A stretch of 64,000 nucleotides of DNA from Amphiscolops sp. MND2022 (Eukaryota), in NCBI GenBank assembly GCA_964187785.1, contig OZ076414.1, positions 34,038,001 through 34,102,000 of the forward strand, written 5' to 3'. Positions within the stretch are counted from its first letter, which is position 1; the number at the start of each line of letters is the position of its first letter. A model generated the notes under the pieces. That model was not told the DNA's origin, did not search any database, and saw only the letters and a program-made list of their open reading frames with translations. Below, piece by piece: positions 57,636-64,000 of the stretch. The position numbers and the translations under genes are program-made.

Positions 57636-60600
57636 TAACGCACGTTTTGGCTACTTCGAATCAGTTTTTCACAAGTGTTGGCCTCAAACTAAAATACTAC
57701 GGGTTTTGTGTTTACGTTCAATTCAAACTAGGCCATCTATTTAATTTCGTTTTGAGTTATATCCCAAATTGCACCATATTCGGGGCAGGGGCTTTTCAAA
57801 ATTTCCCAGCGACCCTTTTTTAATTACCTGTGCGTTCCGCCGCTCACAGGGCGTTCTCAGTTACTATCCTTTCGGTTTTTGATTCGTTTGATTTAGGGGT
57901 TTCATTCTATACTTACAGCACACACAACGATAGTTTCGCTCAACTCACCGTCAACCTACGTATTAACAACATAGCCTTTTCGTTTATTGTATGTTCACTT
58001 CCAAATTGTACTTCTAGTTCAACCCTTGTTAGTTATAGAACTGTAAAGCATTGAAGCATAAACGGTTTACGAACGTAGTCGATGCGTGGTTGAACGTATG
58101 AATGAAATATTCAATTGTATTTTTGGCGATCCTACGACTTATGACTTTGTCAATGTTGTGGTCACAGTTTGGTACTATTAACAACCTAGAGTTCATTTCC
58201 ATCACTTCCGCTCAGCGGTGGATACTTGCCAGCGTTAGTGATCAGTTTAGAGGAGTTTCAATGCAACTTTTTGGTAAAAATTACTTTCCATGTACAGGTT
58301 CTGGAAAAATTCTTGAACTGATTATTATTACTGAAGGATGAGATTGTTCTTATACGCGTGAATTTTTCAGGCATTATGGAATTTTGCAGATTGCTCAGCC
58401 TTCTATTCTATTATTTTCTGGGCCAGGCTGTGACAAATTGTATTGGTTTTTTGGTAAAGGGACACTGGTTTTTCTTACGCGATAATGAAAGTAGTGGCGG
58501 CTCATCTTATGCACTTTCACATACCGGTGTAAAACTTTGCTTTGTGTCAACTTCAAATTTTTCGTCTCGAATATTTGAACGGTGCTTTTAAACTGTTTAT
58601 AGTTCATAGTTTTATCCATTTCATACAAAAAGGACAGCGCAATCCAGGGGCTAGATATTTGCGTTTTACTATTCAGCGTTCTGATAATTTAATTTTTGTC
58701 CCATCTTTACGTCTTCGTGCGGTATTACCGATCGACACCGGAAAGCCTGCAATTTCAAGTGGGTAGGACGAATCTATCATTGGGGATTCATCAATCATTT
58801 CTGGAATACTAGATGAGTACGACGTGGCACCTGGCGAAAAATTCTTCGGATGAAGGGTAAAAATGAAACTACGAAAAAGGGTGTTTCCACCAACCGTGGG
58901 TCCTCAAGACTTCAATGAGCGATTACAGCGACACTGGCACCCTTGGGAACAGCATTATCCAGACTTATCGAACACGCTGCCAATTTTTCAACTTTCATTG
59001 CTGCTACTCTGTATAGCTCTTTAGTTAAATATTATTTACTTACTTTTATCATTGTAATTGTTTCATATTTCATCATATTTCACCTGACCTTATCTATTTT
59101 ACCGGTTAGAATCCGAATGATCATGACTAGGAAATAGATGAAGAAGTTAAAATCCTACCAAAACCAAAAAACGCTTTTGGAATCCGAGATTTTTGCATTT
59201 ATTGCCTGTTTGGCCTAATATTTCATTTTTGGCCTACCATGTTGGAGAAAAATGGAAGAATTTTTTAAATATTCTTAATCAAACGTTTACTTTGATTTTC
59301 GTCACTTGCATTACCCAATTTTTGAAACAGTCCTTCATCTTTTACAGTTGAGGATAATGTCCGGTAATCAGTTTTGCCCGGTTGTCCGGCCTGACGGAAG
59401 TTTTCCTATCCCGTTCCTTTCATTTAGTGGAAGAAAAAGTTGATGAAAGAGCTAATCAACAGAAATAGATTTGAATATGGTGTGAAAAAATTACAGATGA
59501 TAGTAAAACGGGAATTTTATTATCAATCAAAACCTTCAATCCAATATATTTCAGGCAATAGAAACAGCTCAATTAGCAGATTTTTGTCTGTTCAGATTTG
59601 AAGTGTTCCTGAATGGAAATTTCAAATTTAGTAAACGTTTCCGACCACATTTTAATCAACGCTTCTGAGCTCAAGGTGACGCTTGTAGACATTCTCATGT
59701 AAATTTCGTAAAGCTATTTTCTCCCAGGGCATAATGATCCCACGCAGTAATTGTGATTATCTACTTTACTAAGCAAACCAGACTACAGTATTCCAAACAA
59801 TAATCAGTACATTTCCGCGGATTTATTACCTTTGCCTGTATCCTTTCCCACCAAGAAAGTCTAAAGTAAGAGCTGATACTCAAGGATTGAAAAAACATGA
59901 CATGAACAGAATATACTCATTTTTTGCGCAATAAATTCTCATTAAAAATGAGGACAAACAAGAGAAACAAATCGCAAACTTTTCAACGACGCATCAATGC
60001 GCGTCGATGTCTAATTAATGTTCTACATTTTTCTTTTCCGCCCAAAGTTTCCTACATCCCTAAATGACGTATTTCGTCGCCCTAAAGAGGGAGTCAGAGG
60101 AAATTTTTCACCAATTAGGGATATCATCTAATTCCAATGAGACGGAATGAAAAAAAAGGAAGTCTCAAGGACGCTATATTTACAGACACGTAAAAAAATG
60201 CCGACACTGAAAAGTTTCCCCGAAAGTACTACACCCAGTCGCATTGGGTCATCTTAAGATTTTATCGAGAGAATTCTGTCAGTTTGCAAAAGGAACACAT
60301 TTCTGCAATTGAATAAGTCGACCGGGACACCATTAACTAATTGCGAAAGATCGGAAATTACAAACTCGGATTATCAGCAAAAACTTAAACACTAGTCAAA
60401 AATCCATGATCACATGAAACAATTTGAAAGTTTCAATTGATTAGAAAAAATTATTTTGTGGTTAAAATCTGATTGAATTGGGTTACTTAAATGAGCCCCT
60501 AAATCATTCAACCCGTAGGAGGAACTATTGAATTCCTAATTGGACAAAAAACAATGATTTTTCATATTAGGTTATCACTTAACATTCTAATTTTCAAGAA

Positions 60601-61001
60601 CTTACACGTTTCGAAGCCCAAGATTTAATGCAATTGCGAATTTTGTTCAACCTTTAAGACGGCCTTGAAACTCAAAACTCAGTGTCAGGTTAATTTCAGA
60701 ACCAATTTCTTTTCTGACAGACTGGCTAAATCATGTAACACTCTCTTATCTCAGTTTCTTGGAGCTTAACCGTTGTAACAACCGTTTCTGTTATTGAAAC
60801 AATGTTTTCAATTACACAAGTCATATTTTTCTGTTTAACTCATTCTAATGAAATGCTCTTGTGTAAACTTGATTGAAAAAATGGAAATGCTATGCAATGA
60901 AATTTGAAACGACAGGGTGCAGAATTCGATGAAACCGAGAAATAAAGTTAATTGATAACTTTGAAAGTTCTCTATTTCACCTGGTTTTGGTTTGTTTTCA
61001 G

Positions 61002-61105
61002 ATTCCTCTTTATCCATCGGCCAATTCAGTATTCAATGTTGGACAAAAAGAAACTGGCTCTTGTTATTTTGCTGTGCTGGATTCTGGGAATTGTGCCTCT
61101 GTCAT
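61002..61105 (+). CDS. Class A GPCR exon (ICL2-TM4)
   Basis: tttgttttcag|A ... TCA T|gtaaga; phase 2 completes AGA (Arg). Gives DR-FLFIHRPIQYSMLDKKKLALVILLCWILGIVPLS, matching the DRYxxIxxPxxY pattern and the TM4 Trp. Confidence 0.87.
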
Positions 61106-64000
61106 GTAAGAAGCCTTCTTGTTTCACCATTACTACATAGTTATTACTTTCAATCACGAAATCTGACTTTATTTTCTCCGTCTTAAAACTACCGTACATT
61201 TTCAAATCTGATTTCCGCAGTGATTATAAGTTCTGCAACGAAGGTATTAAGTAACCTTCAGCGTTTGTTGATATAAGTTCCTTGTCAATTTTCTTACGCT
61301 GCAAATTTTGGCATTCGAAAGCTTTGATTTTCGGTGAATTATAATAGGGCTGTCCGTATAGGGTTGCCAGTGTTTTAAAAACAAGTTACCGAAGCGTAGC
61401 ATGCTCTGTCGTTATACCAGCCTGTGTTTGGAATTATCATATTTTCGACTAAAGAAGCATGAGCTTGAGGCAATATCAAGGGAAATTCAATTCTAAGCAA
61501 GTGTGTTAACATTCAGCAACAAAAATTAAACTTCCGAATTTACGTTAACTGAGATCCGTAAGCGAGACCATGTGCAAACCAACTCATCAATATAACATGA
61601 AATTTCCGATTTTGAGGAAAAATGTACAGCTTAAAGCAGTCCCATGTTGAGCTTTCCTTGAGAATCTGTAAAGATCTGTGAGCCAATTTTCCTTGAGGAT
61701 CTGTAAAGATCGTGCCACTGCTACGTAAGGACAACTGCAGATCTGCAAGGATCTTTACAGATGTTCAAAGATTTTCTGTACAGATTTCTCAGGAAAATTT
61801 TTTCCGGACCCGTGTGTCTTTAAATAACCCAAACTCCTTGAAACTCGTTGAAATCAATGAAACCTAATCTGGTCACTCAGTTTGGATTCAGCGGCCATTG
61901 TATGGAATTATCACAATGAAAATACAATTTTCCATCAGTTTATGTTGCTTTTACTAGAACGTGCTTTCATCGAAAATACTCGTCCAGGGAAAACTCTATC
62001 ACAGTTTAAATACCGCTCTGTCATCGATATGCGTTGCTAAATTACGTCACATCTATGACATAATGCGAGCATAGAAATTTTTAATCGAGAGGCTGATGAT
62101 TTTCCTTCCCTGACTAGCTGATGACATTCTGAAGGAAATCCCAATTAGCATTTGGTTTTTCATCTCATTAGAAAGAAGGAGAAACAAATTATCAATTTTG
62201 AAAAAGAAAGAAGATGAAATGAAAACTTTCGTATAACAGCATCACAGCGTATTCGGATGAATATTCAACAACCCATTTAATTGCGAAAACATTTACAGTT
62301 GAATTTGATTTAGAATTGGATAATTCATTATCAGCGCTATAATCAAGTACACGCATTTCCATTAATATAAATTTGTATATAAATGGAAATACTTGCTTAT
62401 AGCGCTAATGATCAAATTTCGTCATTGCTCAATCAAAAATCCAATTTTTATGTTTTAGCAGTTAGAGGAATGAATATATCAATTGCAAAAAATATGTACT
62501 ATTTGGCAAAATTTTGTAATTATGACTATGGTAATGCATTATAGTCGAGTGAAAATACACATATATTCAAATATATTTATATTCAAATGAAAATCAATTT
62601 AATACTTAAATGTCAGCACAAGATATAATAATATCATCATTTCCAGTAGGCAAAATAATGACATAGTCAAGTCTAAAGTAATTAATAATTGGGTTGCAAA
62701 TGATGATAAAGATTGTTTGCAGGAAGTTGCTAAGGCAGAGGTTTTGCTGACGTCAAAGATATTCGGGAAAAAGAAAAGAAATTCCTTACGGCGACGTATA
62801 ATTGATTTGAAAGCGGCATTTCTATAACATTGAAGGCTGATTGACATTGCTACGTAAAGTTTCTTGTCATCAGGATGGCTAATGCATTTTCGAATAATTT
62901 CCAAAATGCAAAAAATTTTCAATAATGGCAGTTTTCAATCTTTTTGATCTAAATATACAATGTTAAACTATGGATTCAAGATGACATCTTTTAAAATTTT
63001 CAAAAAATGCACCATGTTTGCGATAACAATGGGAAATATTTGCGATATCATTCAATACAATAGGGTACGAAAAAGCTAAGGACGCCCAATTTTCTATCTA
63101 GAAAATTTTCGATCACAACAAAACTTACTCTGTGAAAATATCATTTAGACTGAATTGCAATTGCATTAGGCGGTTCATTTTTGAGAAAAAGTGTTATGAA
63201 TGAAAGCTGAAGAACGGTGTCAAGGCTTCAAGATTGATCGAAAGAGGGTTTCTTCTGATGAATAGTGTTTGAGATATTGCGTCATAAAGTTGGAATAATG
63301 GCAAAATTTCACAAATTACCATGTGGGGTAACTTTTAATTTTCTTTCGATATCAAAACAAAATATCGTTGTAATTCTGATGAAAATCGGGGAATTTTTTG
63401 CTCTTGAGATTTTTTGCCACATGCCTGTCCTAGGAAAAACTTTTTGAAGTTTTCGCTTGTGATATTAGCTATCTTTAGCTTTTTGGTACAATAGTGTATT
63501 TCAAACATAAAAACTAGGTGCAGAAAGAAACCCATTTGACCACGTTTATCGAATATTTTTGAAATGATTAACTCCGGGATGTTCGTCACAAACCCCCATT
63601 AAAGCTCAAATAATCACTCAGTGCCAAAAAGTCCGAAAGTAAACGCTTTGGTTTTCTTAGTATCCAAACATCAAAATATCAAACTACTCAAAAAGGGACC
63701 CTCCAACAAAAAGATAAAATTTTAAGTTTTAAAGTTTGACAATGCCAAAAATTGCACAGGTGATTTTCAATTTTATTTCTGTTTTTTTAAAACAAAAACA
63801 TTCCAAAAAAGTGAAAATCGATTTATCCTGTCACAATAGTCAAATTGTTTTCTATAGACAATGTATCCTGAAATGTTATAAACATATTTTTAACATTTCA
63901 GAATAAATTTTCAATTTATATCACTCTGAAGAAGACATCAATGACATTGCTTCATGATAGCTTCGTGGTTTCAGTACGTTTGTAACAATGTACATTTCAG

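Larger units (their letters stand above)
10992..61001 (+). other. ~50-kb phase-2 intron of the GPCR gene, containing the LINE, several MITE-like elements and all three LTR elements
   Basis: GT at 10992 and AG at 61000-61001. Joining the flanking exons gives a continuous TM3-ICL2 with no missing residues. Confidence 0.82.

Noticed and set aside
58100-58900. Possible degraded DNA-transposase or zinc-finger remnant (…LRCPFCMKWIK…) on the minus strand
   Set aside because: Only a CxxC and weak resemblance among many stops; insufficient evidence.
61221-61243. Possible 23-nt GPCR micro-exon (ttccgcag|TG ATT ATA AGT TCT GCA ACG AAG|gtatta; LIISSATK)
   Set aside because: Phase-compatible and plausible, but too short to support without transcript data.
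62599-62922. 107-aa minus-strand ORF with a hydrophobic end
   Set aside because: No recognisable motif or splice context; consistent with a chance ORF in AT-rich DNA.

Overview
AT-rich animal genomic DNA; the species cannot be identified from sequence alone. The host feature is a + strand class A (rhodopsin-family) GPCR gene. Three exons are visible (4595-4765, 10891-10991, 61002-61105; TM1-TM4), and the DRF motif is split by a ~50-kb intron (10992-61001). That intron holds MITE-like elements, a truncated LINE RT and three complete LTR retrotransposons with LTR pairs and target-site duplications. These are a decayed Mag-like Ty3/gypsy element (24087-30043, +), a Ty1/copia element with TG...TA termini (31962-37686, -) and a very young 19,226-bp giant Ty3/gypsy element (38410-57635, -) with 2,074-bp LTRs. 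The giant element is the standout. Gag joins pol through a U UUA AAC -1 frameshift, pol carries a TARG1/Poa1p-like macrodomain between protease and RT, and an ~8-kb accessory region follows. That region holds two paralogous orphan ORFs, a TAATG-coupled ORF pair, an 8-unit hairpin array, a chuvirus/gB-type (class III) envelope glycoprotein, an acidic/basic orphan ORF and a captured RING-less TRAF (coiled coil + MATH). Each accessory unit (ORF-A, the ORF-C/ORF-B pair, env, ORF-D, TRAF) is preceded by a 3' splice site, and several ORFs are followed by their own AATAAA. Together this looks like an enveloped, complex-retrovirus-like element carrying candidate immune-modulating genes. All protein family calls come from motif recognition by eye; no database search was run.
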